Assembly (NCBI GenBank): GCA_027923505.1
Contig: BROI01000007.1
Span: 806,001 to 870,000 of the forward strand
Direction of reading: 5' to 3'
Length of the DNA: 64,000 nucleotides
Source: Mayamaea pseudoterrestris
Taxonomy: Eukaryota
Part shown: piece after piece, positions 29,980-42,095 of the stretch
Position numbering within the stretch: position 1 is the first letter of the stretch
Layout of the letters: every line of letters begins with the position of its first letter
Notes under the pieces: generated by a model
The model's input: the letters and a program-made list of their open reading frames with translations, nothing else
The model's database searches: none
What the model was told of the DNA's origin: nothing
Position numbers and translations under genes: made by a program

Positions 29980-32272
29980 CTACTGCTTGCTGCCCGCATA
30001 CTCGCGGTAGATCGATGTAATCAAGTACGCGGCGTACAACGTGAGCGAAGCGTATCCATACTCCTTGATGATGCGACCCTTTCCAAAGACAAGGCCTGCT
30101 GCTAAGATTAAGCAGCAATTAGCAATGATGAAAGCAAAACCTGTGAGAACAGAACTCTGTAGCGCCACCTCTCGTTCTGTCTGACCAGTCTGGGTGGCAA
30201 GCGTACTAAATCCAAGTCCGAGACCAACCAAAATATTGAAGACGGGGCCGGCAAAGCAAGCAGTAATTGCCATATTTGCCAGCCCTTTGCGTGCCATGGT
30301 GACGTTGGCACTCAGGTCGCTCATGCTATTACCCCATGCAAGCAACGTCAAGCCGAGAACAGCCGAGGGAATGTCGAGAATAATGCCAATGAAGCTTAAA
30401 AGTGACACAAGCGAATCAGCAATGGTATCAATCCAGGTAGCAGCAATTGCGAAACCATAAAGTGCAATGGGACCCGACACGTAAAGGGGCATCTGGTCTT
30501 GACCCGTAGGGGCAAAGCGAAGTATACATGCCGCAACGACCAAAATCACAAGCATTGTCGAGGTAAAGTATATCCACGCTTGGCCGGAAAACACATTGAC
30601 GCCGTGACTCCGGTAAAGATAGAGTGCCAGCCACCAAGGAGAAATTGCTAGTGAAATTGCAACGACGCCGCGCACATAGAAACCCTCGCATGGAATGGGA
30701 ACTGTCATCTTACGTAACGTCGTGATTGGCAATTCACATAATAGCAGAAACTTATCAACCACATTGACCTCTCCGTTCCATACAATGTCCTCCCATACCG
30801 TTTCGGCATGTTGCCGCAAGTCCTCCTTACAGCCGGCGAAGGCGTCGCTCCAGCTACCGGCTTTCCTTGCTCCACCAGGACCCACGCATGCACGATCAAT
30901 CGCGTCCTCCAGCATACTGTAGCCATCGGTTGCCTGAGCGCCATTGGCATGTCTCATAGTGGATGTGTGTGTTCCTGCTAAAATTCCGTGCGTTCCGTGC
31001 AGCATGACTGGCTGATCTCGTCCCAACGCGTCAGCGTCAACGCTCCATCCATTCTCTTGCGCCGTACTGCTGTCGTAGTTGCTCAGCGCCGACAGAACAT
31101 TAGGAAAACCTTGCGCCTTTTCCGTCGTATCGCGTTGTTGCATTCCGCCTTCCTCCGCCTGCCGAACACTCTCGCCTTGATCGGCCAGCAAGCGCTGCCG
31201 GGGCAGCACCACCCGTCTATGATATATATCCGCCACTAGCACCAAAAATACAAAAATGATATACATGCTCAAAAAGAGTGAAATAGTCTCTGGACCAACC
31301 CGCCCGGTCCGCAGCTGCAACCACACCACAAGGACCGTCACTAGCATGGCCATGACGTCTCGCACCAACGCTCCACGACACGGAACACCTTGAGCTGTCA
31401 GTACCACGAGCGAGCAAACGACGCAGCCAATCATCATGGCGGCTCCCGATAGCGCTCCGAGCGACATCATGTAGCCATTCTGGGGGTCGCTGGTAATGGC
31501 GGAAATGGTGGCTGAAACGTCGGCGGCGCCGTTTCCGAGCGCCAGCAAGGTAACTCCGGCAAACCGAGGAGCTGTCAAAGAGAAAAAGGCATATACAATG
31601 AGTCACACTGTATCTCGCATACCACAATATACCAACACCTGCTCTCGATAACACTTGTCACTCACGCAAACCCAGCTTGACGGAAAACATTTCCAGCGCT
31701 GGCGAAAAGTAATCTTCAGCGGTACTTCCAAGGATGCGAAAGAGTAGTACCATCCATAGTATAATAATGGGAGCAATCAAACTACTCAAAAGTGTTGTCG
31801 TGTGTCTGTTGCTGCAAAAGACAAAGGGCGCCCAAACGCCGTCGTAATCGTTGCAGGTTCGTGCAAATAAACATTGAGCATCTCCTGCGTCCGGCGTCGT
31901 TTCGTATAGTTTATCACAAGAATATTGAGCGTAGTCGGTTGGATAGTTATTGGTTCCGTCGTCGCCATTGCCGTCGTCTTGCTGTTGGTCTAGCCGACGA
32001 CCATTGATTGAGAATGCAGAATCAGCTGCTAATGCTGCATCCGTCGGTGAATAGACAAGTCGCAAGCCGCACAGCAAGGCGATGGACGCTAACGTCAAGC
32101 CAAAGGCAAGCTTGGTTGGAAAGGATAGTTCCGGCGAGCGTCTTCGAGGGACTGCAGGAGCCGTCATGGTGCCAGTCAAACAAGTAAAGTGACTCTCGCG
32201 AAGAGCCGTTTCGTTGTCGTCTTCGATATTTCTGAATGTCGCTACGGCACTCACTACTGGCTGGCTTGCCAC
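29980..32272 (-). CDS. Cation/Ca2+ exchanger (CCX/NCLX-like); intron 31665-31572
   Basis: Alpha-repeats AGVTLLALGNGAADV and LTLLAWGNSMSDL, plus TAEDYFSPALE and multiple TM helices. Confidence 0.9.
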
Positions 32273-32894
32273 TTGGCATGGCTTGCGCGCGCGCGCACAA
32301 GCAGTTTCTCCGTCAACTTTGTTTGTTCCGCCGAGCTCGTCTCTTTGGAACCAAGAGTGAAGCTATTTGCAGCACTTCGCAAGCAATTACACGCAAGCAC
32401 GAATTACGAGGCCCCTTGCTGGCAACGCAAAATAGAGTTTGGCCCTTTGGGCGCGCATACGTTGAACCAAGCACGAACAACTTATTGCATCCATCAAGAA
32501 AGTGTGCTCACAATTTCGAAAATCACTGTTGGCATTGGCTGCAAGCCGATCTAAACGTTTCAACACTTGCATTCAACAATGACCAAAGTCTTTATCACTG
32601 ATAACAACCGCGCCGACTCTGTGCTCCGCTTGAGGTGAGTCAATGCGACGAGGGACGAATTGCCGATGTTTGGGGTGTCACACATGAACAACGTTCTGAT
32701 TCGTTCGTGGTTCCGCGGCGTCACTTCGTGATCGTTGGGTTGTCGGCCTGCGCGAGGAAGCATCCGGAACCGCCGTCCTATTTTGAGGCAACCATGACGA
32801 TTGACTTCTTCGTCTTTGTCTTCTGACCATTTCTGTTGCTTTTAGTCCGTATTCTGCACCAAAACTTTCCATTCCTGTTTTCGCTCGCAACGTC

Positions 32895-33983
32895 ATGGGC
32901 GCCTCGGGAGCGACATCGCGAAAGAGAAATACGACGAGAAACGCAATGCTGCTAGTGGACGACAGCATTAGTCATCAGCAGACTCCAGGAATGAAGCGGA
33001 CCAATACTCCGGAGGACTTGATGGCCTTGGCGTCGCCTCCATCGAGTCCATCATTGAACTTGTCCTTGCCGACGGAGGAACTAACGAGCGGATCGTCAGA
33101 GGATGAAGTCAGCAGCATTGACGACGTGAGCGACTCGCAGGCAAAGCCTGCGCTCAGTGTTCGAAGGAGTTCGTCCAGGCGCCCCATTGAAAAGCAGCTT
33201 TCGCTGGTCAAGGAAGTGGACGTTGCGAAATACATGACGAATCGTCAAATGACGGCCAAGCAGGAGCGATGGAACGCTTATACGATGATTCCGTCTCCGC
33301 TCTTTTGTCTCTACTATATATTCACTGCTCAATGGGTGCCGCCGTTGGAGTCTTTGGAAACCTATGACATGCAGCAGGAGCCATCCGTTGCCGCCTGCTT
33401 GACTCCATCTGCGTTCCACTACATGCCAAGCCTTCCCCCCATTCCCGTTGTCATGATTGGAGCCGCCATTTGTCTTCACGCGCCCTTTTCCTTCATATAC
33501 CACTTCTTCTACGCCCATACACTAGTACATCCAGTCGAACGAACCAACCATTTGAGTCGCCGCCTCGACCAAGCCATGATTCACGTGTCAAGCGCGCTCA
33601 TGTCATTTTCGACGAGTGGTTCCTGGCAATTCTTCTTCATCAATTGCTTGTACAATTGCGAATGCGTCTACCGACACTTGTTTGTTCGACGCGTTAAGCC
33701 GCGCGCCAATCAGTTGCGCATTTTAATCAGCATGCTGGCCTACACCATGCCAATTTGGAAACGTGGCGAGCAACCGGTGGTGTTTTTGCAAGTGTGGGCG
33801 TGCTTTGCATTGGGTGGATGGTTTTTCATTGCGTATCCGATTGGAGGCTGGAGTCACTCGGTCTTTCACTTGATTGTTGCGTTGGCTATTCCGTTGTTAA
33901 TGACTTTTTCTGTCACCCAGCCGGCGAGTCAAGCGGCGCTGCAGCAAGCTGTTTGGTGCAGTGGTTTGACGGCGAGTGCATGA
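32895..33983 (+). CDS. PAQR/haemolysin-III-like (CREST superfamily) multipass membrane protein
   Basis: SxxxH (SFIYH), RLD (RRLDQAMI) and HxxxH (HSVFH) motifs with about 7 hydrophobic segments. Confidence 0.6.
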   Translation: MGASGATSRKRNTTRNAMLLVDDSISHQQTPGMKRTNTPEDLMALASPPSSPSLNLSLPTEELTSGSSEDEVSSIDDVSDSQAKPALSVRRSSSRRPIEKQLSLVKEVDVAKYMTNRQMTAKQERWNAYTMIPSPLFCLYYIFTAQWVPPLESLETYDMQQEPSVAACLTPSAFHYMPSLPPIPVVMIGAAICLHAPFSFIYHFFYAHTLVHPVERTNHLSRRLDQAMIHVSSALMSFSTSGSWQFFFINCLYNCECVYRHLFVRRVKPRANQLRILISMLAYTMPIWKRGEQPVVFLQVWACFALGGWFFIAYPIGGWSHSVFHLIVALAIPLLMTFSVTQPASQAALQQAVWCSGLTASA

Positions 33984-34121
33984 GAGGATGGATGGATCTT
34001 TGCAGCGGCATATATATGTGCTGCAATTGCTGGATCAGTTATAATTTTAATTACACATTGTAATATAACTAATTTATAAGTAAGTTGACTACTACTATGT
34101 TTGTATAGTAGCATTCTTGAA

Positions 34122-35216
34122 CTATGACTCGTCAATGCGCCGCCTTAGCTCCTTGATGGCCTCCGGTCTCGTGCGGCAGCAGCCGCCAACCACAATCGTT
34201 GGACAATGACCAGCCTCGCTTGGCCACTCGCTTTTGATTTGTGACAAGACATTCATTATACAATCACAATAATCGTCTGCAGCAGTTATGCCTGTTTCTT
34301 TCTTCCATGACTGCGTCTGTGCGTCCCATAATTCGCCAGTGTTTGGATACAGAATGATTGCTCGCTTGAAAACGTCACCTTGAGCCATGTGCCTAACCAT
34401 GATTGATACAAGACCAGATAAATGCTGCACAGCGCAACAGTTCAGTCCGAAGCCTTGCACTAATCTTGCTGGTATAGCCGCCAAAACATTCAATGCGTCC
34501 CAGAGCAACGTTCCGTCGTTCAGTTCCGTCTCGTTTCGACACGCCAGCGAGATCCAACAGCCAATTCTATACTCACTCAGCTGCAATGATTCGTCACTCA
34601 ATAGCTGCACCAAAGCCCTGCATTCCTGCTGGCTCGGAATCGTTTCGAAAGCAATGGCATCTGGACGACAGTCAATGGCTTGCCGCAGCTTGTCACGATG
34701 GAAGCAGACAAGGTCATGAAGCGTTTTTGTGCCGTAGATGCCTGTATATTCGGCTCCGTTCGCCAGCGCTGCTCCGAAACATCCCAAGCTGACTGCTACG
34801 AATGTACGTCGCTCTGGCTGCGGCGTTGTCATTTGCGCTCGCCGCGCTAGCTCAACGGCATGGCGAAACATGTCATTCATTTTGGCGCGCGTCATAACGC
34901 TCGCTCCGTCGTCTTCGCGAGGCCACAGTTCTGTTTCGTAGTGACACTGATAGGTGACTGTTGAAATGATGTCGCATCCCGCATTCAGCCAGTCTACATG
35001 GCCCTGTTGAATCAGTTCACGTCCATGTGGATCAAGTAAAAGGCTGCTGGACCAGAGTTCGCGGTGCTGGAATGAATTCGGAGCAATTTTTTCTTGCAAA
35101 TGCGTACTAACGCCGCCATCTAACAGAAGAATCGACGAGTCCTTGTTACTTTCGGAACCTTCAAGCAAAATGTCTCGTAAAAGTGAATCTGTGGTGGCAG
35201 TGTTTGGGTTTGTCAT
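34122..35216 (-). CDS. Homocysteine S-methyltransferase (MmuM/HMT family)
   Basis: LLDGG, LWSS, GAEYTG, AFETIP, GLNC, YPN and GGCCRT zinc-binding motifs. Confidence 0.9.
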   Translation of the reverse strand: MTNPNTATTDSLLRDILLEGSESNKDSSILLLDGGVSTHLQEKIAPNSFQHRELWSSSLLLDPHGRELIQQGHVDWLNAGCDIISTVTYQCHYETELWPREDDGASVMTRAKMNDMFRHAVELARRAQMTTPQPERRTFVAVSLGCFGAALANGAEYTGIYGTKTLHDLVCFHRDKLRQAIDCRPDAIAFETIPSQQECRALVQLLSDESLQLSEYRIGCWISLACRNETELNDGTLLWDALNVLAAIPARLVQGFGLNCCAVQHLSGLVSIMVRHMAQGDVFKRAIILYPNTGELWDAQTQSWKKETGITAADDYCDCIMNVLSQIKSEWPSEAGHCPTIVVGGCCRTRPEAIKELRRRIDES

Positions 35217-35490
35217 GGTGGTCGACTGTTGAATGTGAAATGAAGGATCGGCGAACGAAAGCGTGACAGCACCAAGCGCGTATGAAAATGGAGATGCGCT
35301 GCGACACACAGAGCTACCTCCAGCTCGGCAATCGAAAGATCGTGCAACTTCCCTACCTGTCGCTCTGCTGGCCGTATAGTAATGATCGGCTCTGCAATTT
35401 TATAACAAAACGTTACACTGGTATATCTATAAGGTTGGGCCAATTATTTTGAAATTGCAAAATTCTCGTCAGTCTGCTGTAAGTGCAGCA

Positions 35491-36761
35491 CTAGTGATGG
35501 CCCTGTTGGTGTTGATTGTGCTGCTGGCCCTTCTTCGCATGCGGTTGCTGCGGGTGGTGCGGATGCTGAGGTTGCGGGTGATGCTGGTCTTGATGCGGAG
35601 CATGTGCAGCTGCATGCTGGGGTGGCGGCTCTTGGCTTGGCGATTCTGGTTCGTGTTTAAACCACCACTTATTCTCAATCTCGTCGTCCGCAGGTCCACC
35701 GCGGTCCATACGAATAGCTTTTGGCGCCGCAACCAGCGGCTGTCCCTCCTTCAACTCAACATCCATTTGCGCCGACATGCAGCCTTGCGCAATAACCTTG
35801 ATAGACCAAATGCCTCTCCAGCAAGTCATGGCGCATCGTTGACACTGGCGACCAGCTCGTCCAGCTTCTCCACTACACTCCTGCGCCCCCGCACTGTCAG
35901 GCGCGCAGCAACCAACGCAGCAACCCGTGATGCACATGCAGCAACCCAGCATGCAGCACTGGTGTGCCAAGTGCGAAAAGAATCCAACGCACTTGTTCAT
36001 TCGATTCTCCGTTGGATCGTTGCCAAGCTTGCGCTGCTCCTTGATCATGCGACGGTTCACGTTGAATGCACAACATACCGACCACATGCCAGCAAGGAGC
36101 CATACTTCGAGGCAGAGAAAGCAGTTTGGACAATTCTCCTCTCCATACGTGCCCGACTTGATGGTACACGGCGCGCCTGGACACCGGCGTGCGAAGCAAT
36201 GAGGTCCTGTTGTGGAGCGAGTGAAGAAAGGGCAATATGATGAGAAGACAAGGTTCATAGTTGTGCTAAAGCCAAATCAAAAAATAAGATTTACGATTGG
36301 ACCCAACTAGTATCTGATCATTACGTACCGTCATGATACCCTTGCCAAAGCTTGTACTTGGTCATATCGTATTCAAGTAACTGTCGTCGCATGCTCCACT
36401 GCCCGCATGGCGCGCAAATGGTATAGTAGCAGCACTTGAATGGCGCTTTGCAGGGAGCGGCAAGCATGGAAATCTTCCATCCACCACCTGGGGGCTGCGT
36501 TTCGGGTCCACTGTCGAAGCAAAAGATGAATGGAAACGCCAATGGTGAACCAAAGATCCAAATGGCGTCGGCGCACCACTCCATGACTGGATTAATCACT
36601 TCCAAACCATCTGCAATCTTTCCAAAGACAGCATTCAATCCACAACCACCGGTCCAGCAGTCGCAGCAAACATTTTGAATGCAGTTGCAGTCAGGGTTAC
36701 CACCAGGCACTCGAACGAGACGAAGTAACTGGTGCGCCATGATGATGGTAGGAGCTTTCAA
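35491..36761 (-). CDS. PLAC8/Cys-rich domain protein with His/Gln-rich tail; intron ~36328-36206
   Basis: CCYYTICAPCGQWSMRRQLL...Y and RRMIKEQRKLGNDP, with many CC pairs. The splice joins WQGYHDG to PHCFARR. Confidence 0.65.
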
Positions 36762-37129
36762 ATGTTTACTGCCGTGCTATTTGAGCCAGTCAAGAGGTGC
36801 TGTTGGTCTCAGGCAACAGCTTTTGGTCTGGGGTCTGGGCGAGATTGATCGGCCGAAACGCCGAAACTGTGCGAGAGGCTCCGTCGGACTTTAGCGACTC
36901 GTCGCTCTGGTTCTCAGTTTAGCTATCAAATTAACTCTTGTCCACTTTCTTGCACTATTATTCTATATATCCAGCTCGCCTTCTAAAGATAAAGACAGAT
37001 ACGAAGGATGGACTGCGAAGCTTTGTTATAGCCGTAGTGTAGCGCATACTAAGCTGGTGTAATCATAAACTTCATCGTTATTGTAATAAAAACTCAACAC
37101 CCTATTTCAAACTACACACTTGCAGCAAT

Positions 37130-37903
37130 TTACGGCAAGATGGAGACTCCGAGTTGCTCATGGACCATGAGGGCAAGGATTCCCATTTGGGCGGCGCGAC
37201 CGTTGTTGAGCTCAATGGCACGCTTCTTCAGCTTGGTCTCCTCGTCGTACTGTCCGACAAAGCCAACCGGGAAGGACGAGCCGGAAAAGTCACCAGGGAA
37301 ACTTCCTTCGGCTTGCTTCCAGCCGAAAAGTTCGAGCCATCCAGCAAACAAAAAGATTTGGAAAAGGCCACCAAGGGGAACCTTGGTGAGGGCACCGAAG
37401 CCGCCTGGAATATCTGCGAAACTCAAGTCGGCGCTCTTGGAGATGAGGCCTGGAAGGCGAACTCCGGCCTCGGTGGTGAGGTATCCAACGACGGCAAGCA
37501 TGGACTATGAATGAAAAGGAAACAATTCGAAGAACATGAGTCGCTCGAACTGGGAAAGAAGAGTAAATTCATACGGACAAAATGCGTTCTTGACTTACCA
37601 CGCGGCCGTGCTTGAGCTCAACACCTCGCAATCGCTCAAACTTTGCTTGGTCTCCATCAGCAACAAGGCCTAGGGGGTCCCAGTATCCCAATGGTTGCTG
37701 AAAGAAAAATTTGGCGTGGTGAGTGTATTGGTCATTGACTTGATGCTTGGAAGCGACAGCCGTCGACGAGCTTGCGCAGCAAGACTTACCTGCACGCCAA
37801 CCTCGTTCTCGAAAGCGGCAAGCGATGACGACTTGGTTGCTTGCTGCGAAGGAGCAAAAGCAGCGGCGGAAGCAATGAGGGAGGCGGCAATGATATACTT
37901 CAT
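37130..37903 (-). CDS. lhcf: Fucoxanthin-chlorophyll a/c binding protein (Lhcf-type), 3 exons
   Basis: Signal peptide with AAAFAP; PLGYWDPLGL, ELKHGRV-SMLA and ELNNGRAAQMG motifs. Confidence 0.93.
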
Positions 37904-37994
37904 GGTGAATGTTGCTGTAGGACAAGGATTGTGGAAGGTCAAGGCGAAAGCGATGCTGTTCATTGAAGTGGTATCCTGCTAAGGTTAGCGTTTG

Positions 37995-38002
37995 TGACGT
38001 CA
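37995..38002. promoter_or_regulatory. TGACGTCA (CRE/bZIP-type) palindrome upstream of lhcf
   Basis: Perfect palindrome about 90 bp upstream of the lhcf ATG, in a divergent promoter. Confidence 0.4.
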
Positions 38003-38367
38003 TATGCGCGGACAATTTCCTTCAGTCGTGCTGAGACACACGATCTGTGTTTGCCCCTGACCCCAATTCGACGCGAGAATAAAAAGACCGGAAGCCTCTC
38101 GGGGGAACGTGGAAGCGAACAGCCACTAATTCATTTACCAAGTGACATTCGCCGCCATTGTGTCGTCGGAGTTTTATTGTAGCTCTTTCGTGTGTCTGCT
38201 TTTGGTGTCTGCCACTTTTGCTCCGTCATTTACAACTCGCTTGCTTGTGTTGATTCGATCGGCTCAATTTTAGACATTGAATTGGGAGAAAAAGACCGCT
38301 ATTGCAGCAAGAGCTCTCGAACAATCTACTCGTATATTATCTGAATAAAGTCGCAATAGCAATTAAA

Positions 38368-40349
38368 ATGAGTCCAGACAATAGCGCCGAGCTTGTTGAG
38401 GAGCCGAAAGAAGTTGTAAGTGCAGAGCACGTTCATTAAGTGTTTCGCCTCCGCTTCAGCCGTGACGATTCACACATTAATCGTCTTTGTCGTCTCCGTT
38501 TTTAGGATGTTCTTTGTGGAAGGGGTGGTGAGTAATCGATTGTGTATATTATACGAAGTAGGTCTGATAAGAACATAGCTCACTAACTTGATACCTCTTG
38601 GCAACATGATTTTTCCGTCGGTCTTTTTACGCAGGCATGAGCAATCATCATCCCGGAAATGAATGGTACAGACGCTTAATTCGCAGTAACCGTCCTTTAT
38701 ATAGGGCATGTCCCAAGCATACCAAGCTACTCGTCTCAAAAGCGATTGTTCAAGCTGTCGAGCAGCAAGGTGGCCGCTTTTTGGAAAAGGACAAGAAGTC
38801 AAAGCTATTCGTGCAGGTCCCCTACAAGCGAGCTGTCGACAAGACGAGTCAAGGATTGCGCGAGCGAGATCGAGAGGATGGTTCAGAATCAGACGAAGAG
38901 TCTGACGAAGATGAGCAGCAACCACAAGGAGCGCGAGTCAAGCGACAGCGAATGGTGGTGCCTGAAGAGTTTAGCGGACGCAACAAGAATCCAAACATGA
39001 GCGATCTTGCTACGGTTGCTATCGGTATGACTAATAGAGTTGGAGGTTTGTCGAGGCGTTCAGGAGCAGATGTCATTAAGCGGCCCAAACTTCGAATTGT
39101 AGTGGGAAAGAAGAGCCGATCGGATTTGTTAGCGGACGATGATGATGAGGACGACGACCACGACGAAAACGAACAAGACGAGGTTAAGGAGGAAGGCCGC
39201 AGTACGGGCGAAATTAATACAGAGCTTCCGCCTCCGCTGCACACGAGCCAGACTTCTACATTTCGCTTACTGAATCAGCCAAATCCATTGAGTCATGCGC
39301 GAAGTCAAAGTGCTGGCCTTGCCGCAGCAACATCCCCAGTCTTTCTCCCTAGTTTCTCGCAGTCTTTTGCGTTCCCGCAGCCTCCTGGCGTGCAATCATC
39401 AGTTTCCCAATTATTTCATCCGGCAGTTCCTGGCATCTACTGGGTTAATCCTGCTTCTCCCAACCCGGTGTCATTTCTGCCGGTGCCAATATCCGACTCT
39501 GCTCCTCCGCCTATTTCGCGGCTCACGTCGCAAGTTTCTGACTGGTTGACTTCGTTTTGGCCTTTGGGCAAGGAGACAGAGCAAGAAATAGCTGGTAGGC
39601 AAGCAGCACCACGCCTGGAATCAAGCGGCACGCTTCCAACTGCGATTGCCAATCAAATAAAAATTCCTGCGCCTTTGGATAACGACAAGCCACAGATCAG
39701 CACGATACCACCGATCACAAAGCGAATTGTTCATATGCAGCAGCGGGTGCAGCAGAAGCAACACCAGGCGAAGTCTGCTGCGCACAAGGCGTCAACAAGT
39801 GCTTCAAAAAAGGCAAGTGCGAGTAGCAGTCGACCAAACCCAATTGTCTCCCAGCAGGATGCACAACTCGAGGCGTGGCAACGTTTTCAGGCACAGCAAG
39901 CAGTCATTAAACAGCAGTATGAGCAACAAGATTATAATATCTCTGCTTTAATGAATCAGTCTACTGGAGCCATGGCTGCTCCTGCGGCACAGGGCAAGCG
40001 CAAAAGCCCGTCACCAGCCTTGCCTCGTCTGCGAAAGACCGAGTCAAAGACATATCGCAATAAGCCTTCGAGTAGTCGTCAAACAAGCAGTGCGTTGGCT
40101 TTTAATCATGAGGACGATGACGTTTTAGCGGCTGCGCCTACTGAGTTGGAGCAATCTGTTTCGGCGACGCTGTTGAAACTCGCGAGCAGCGGCAGACTCG
40201 AGTCTGGGATCACCACCTTTTTCGAACGACAAGGGTCGCTAGGTGGACGAATGGGCAAAGCTCATCACAACACGGACGATCGTGTAAGTGGAACACTGCT
40301 GGACGATTATGAGGAAACGGAAGCGGAACGGCACATGCGACGAATCTGA
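38368..40349 (+). CDS. DUF6824-domain protein; exons 38368-38415, 38506-38527, 38635-40349
   Basis: Spliced DVLCGRGG-MSNHHPGNEWYRRLI...IVQAVEQQGGRFLEK...KTSQGLRE. Confidence 0.85.
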
Positions 40350-40610
40350 GAGAGGAGGCAATTATTGGATGTTGCATAAACTATCAGAACTGTTTATTTC
40401 TAGGTTGAATTTTTAATTTGATCTTAACGGATACTCCCCTCCTTGACGCATACGCTGCACCCCTCATCACCCTGCCATATCGCAAGTGAAACAACAAGGC
40501 GCGTCATTAACAAAGTTGCAATGCACGGCGCGTCAATTGTCGCACAAGAACTTACATTGCGTGACATTCACTTCACATCTATATTGGTAGTCCCCCTATG
40601 CTTATACCAG

Positions 40611-41556
40611 TTACAAGCTCGTTTGCATCTGCCTAGCCGCCTTGTTGATGCGCTTGGTAACTGCCATAATATCTTCCTCCTGGAGCGTGAAGGCGTTGAG
40701 GACCTGGGCAAATGAAGTCGCCGTATCCTCCATGGCGCCAAAGACTTCATCCTTGACTCGTCCAATAATGGCGCTAGCTCCCTGCTGCGGCATTGGTTGA
40801 ACCGTCAGCAGCGTTCCCTCGCTGCGATAGGAAGTTTCACTCATGATTGTCTGCTCCTCCTCGTAGGTTTGATCAGCCGTCGGACATTCTTGGCGAGTGT
40901 CATCATCGTCATCATCCTCTGTTTCCGTCTCTGACATGTAAGCTGGCTTTTTGGCGGGCATTTTATGCTCCGGGGTCACGTAACGTGGCTTTTTAATCAA
41001 GGCAGCTGACTTGATTGGTTCTGTGGGAGATCCATGTCTTGTAATGGATCGGCTGCGAACAAGTGCCTTTGACTGGGATGGCTGCGTCGCCAGCTGCTGC
41101 TGCTTCTTGCGCGAGCCTCCAGCAGCCAAACGTTCCTGGCGTATGTCGTCGTACTGGAGACGGAGCGCAGGGTCTCCTAGGATGCGCATCTGTGTGAGTA
41201 CCATTGAGGAGAAGAGGTGAGTGAGGTAGCTGAGCGAAGCTAGCATGATGCTGCACCATTAAAGGCGTGACAACTCCTACAATCATCCCTATGTTACGTA
41301 CCGTCATTTGCACCGCCTGCATTTTGCGCTCGGCGTGAAAGTGGTGCGAGGCAGTGATGGAGTCTTGATCGTCGTGCTCCATGTTTTGCAAAAGCGTAAA
41401 GAGCTCGTTGCGTCGCGCAAAGAACGCCTTTTGGATTTGCTCGGGCGTCGCATTCGACTTGACACCTAGCACATCCTTGTAGAGGTCCGACGACGTTCCG
41501 TAAGCTTCATCGATGGATGCGAGATTAATAGAGTTGCTGGCTTGATCGAGACTCAT
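40611..41556 (-). CDS. J-domain-like (DnaJ) protein lacking HPD; one intron ~41300-41200
   Basis: DLYKDVLGVKSNATPEQIQKAF and ILGDPALRLQYD are J-domain helices I/II and IV. Confidence 0.7.
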
Positions 41557-42095
41557 TTTTCGGTGACTGGTATCGGGGGGTGTTGATGGCACGCGTATAA
41601 ACGAGAGTTTGTTGAGTGCGTGCTGCTCTGTGTACTCTTATGGTGCTGCAGCAAGCGTTTTTTGAATGCACCGCTGCTTGTTTCTTTCGTGTGCAAGGAA
41701 AGGATGATTTCGAAAAAGATGGCGACAGTTCGATTCTTGATCTTGTCTATTGATGAGGTGCTGTCTCTTTATAGCCCGAGTCGTTTAGATGAATGACAAT
41801 GAATCTCAAAAACGGCGATCGACTTGTGTTCCGCGCGAAACGAAATTTAACAACGGATCGTGTACAGCTAACTTTTTCAAACTAGATAGGTCGCAATTTC
41901 TTAGGCCAATGACAGAAGCGCAAAACCCGGCTGGCTCGCAAGGAAACGTCTGCGTTTCAGTCGTAGCGCGTCTGTTACGACACATCAAATTCGAACCATG
42001 CTTGGCGCATGTTCAACTTGGAACTTGACAAAAGAAGTGAGAGTCGAGGAGCAACACATAGTGAAGATTTCGCTTGCTAAACCTAACTATACATC

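Noticed and set aside
35449..36240. 263-aa plus-strand ORF
   Set aside because: Antisense shadow of the PLAC8-like exon.
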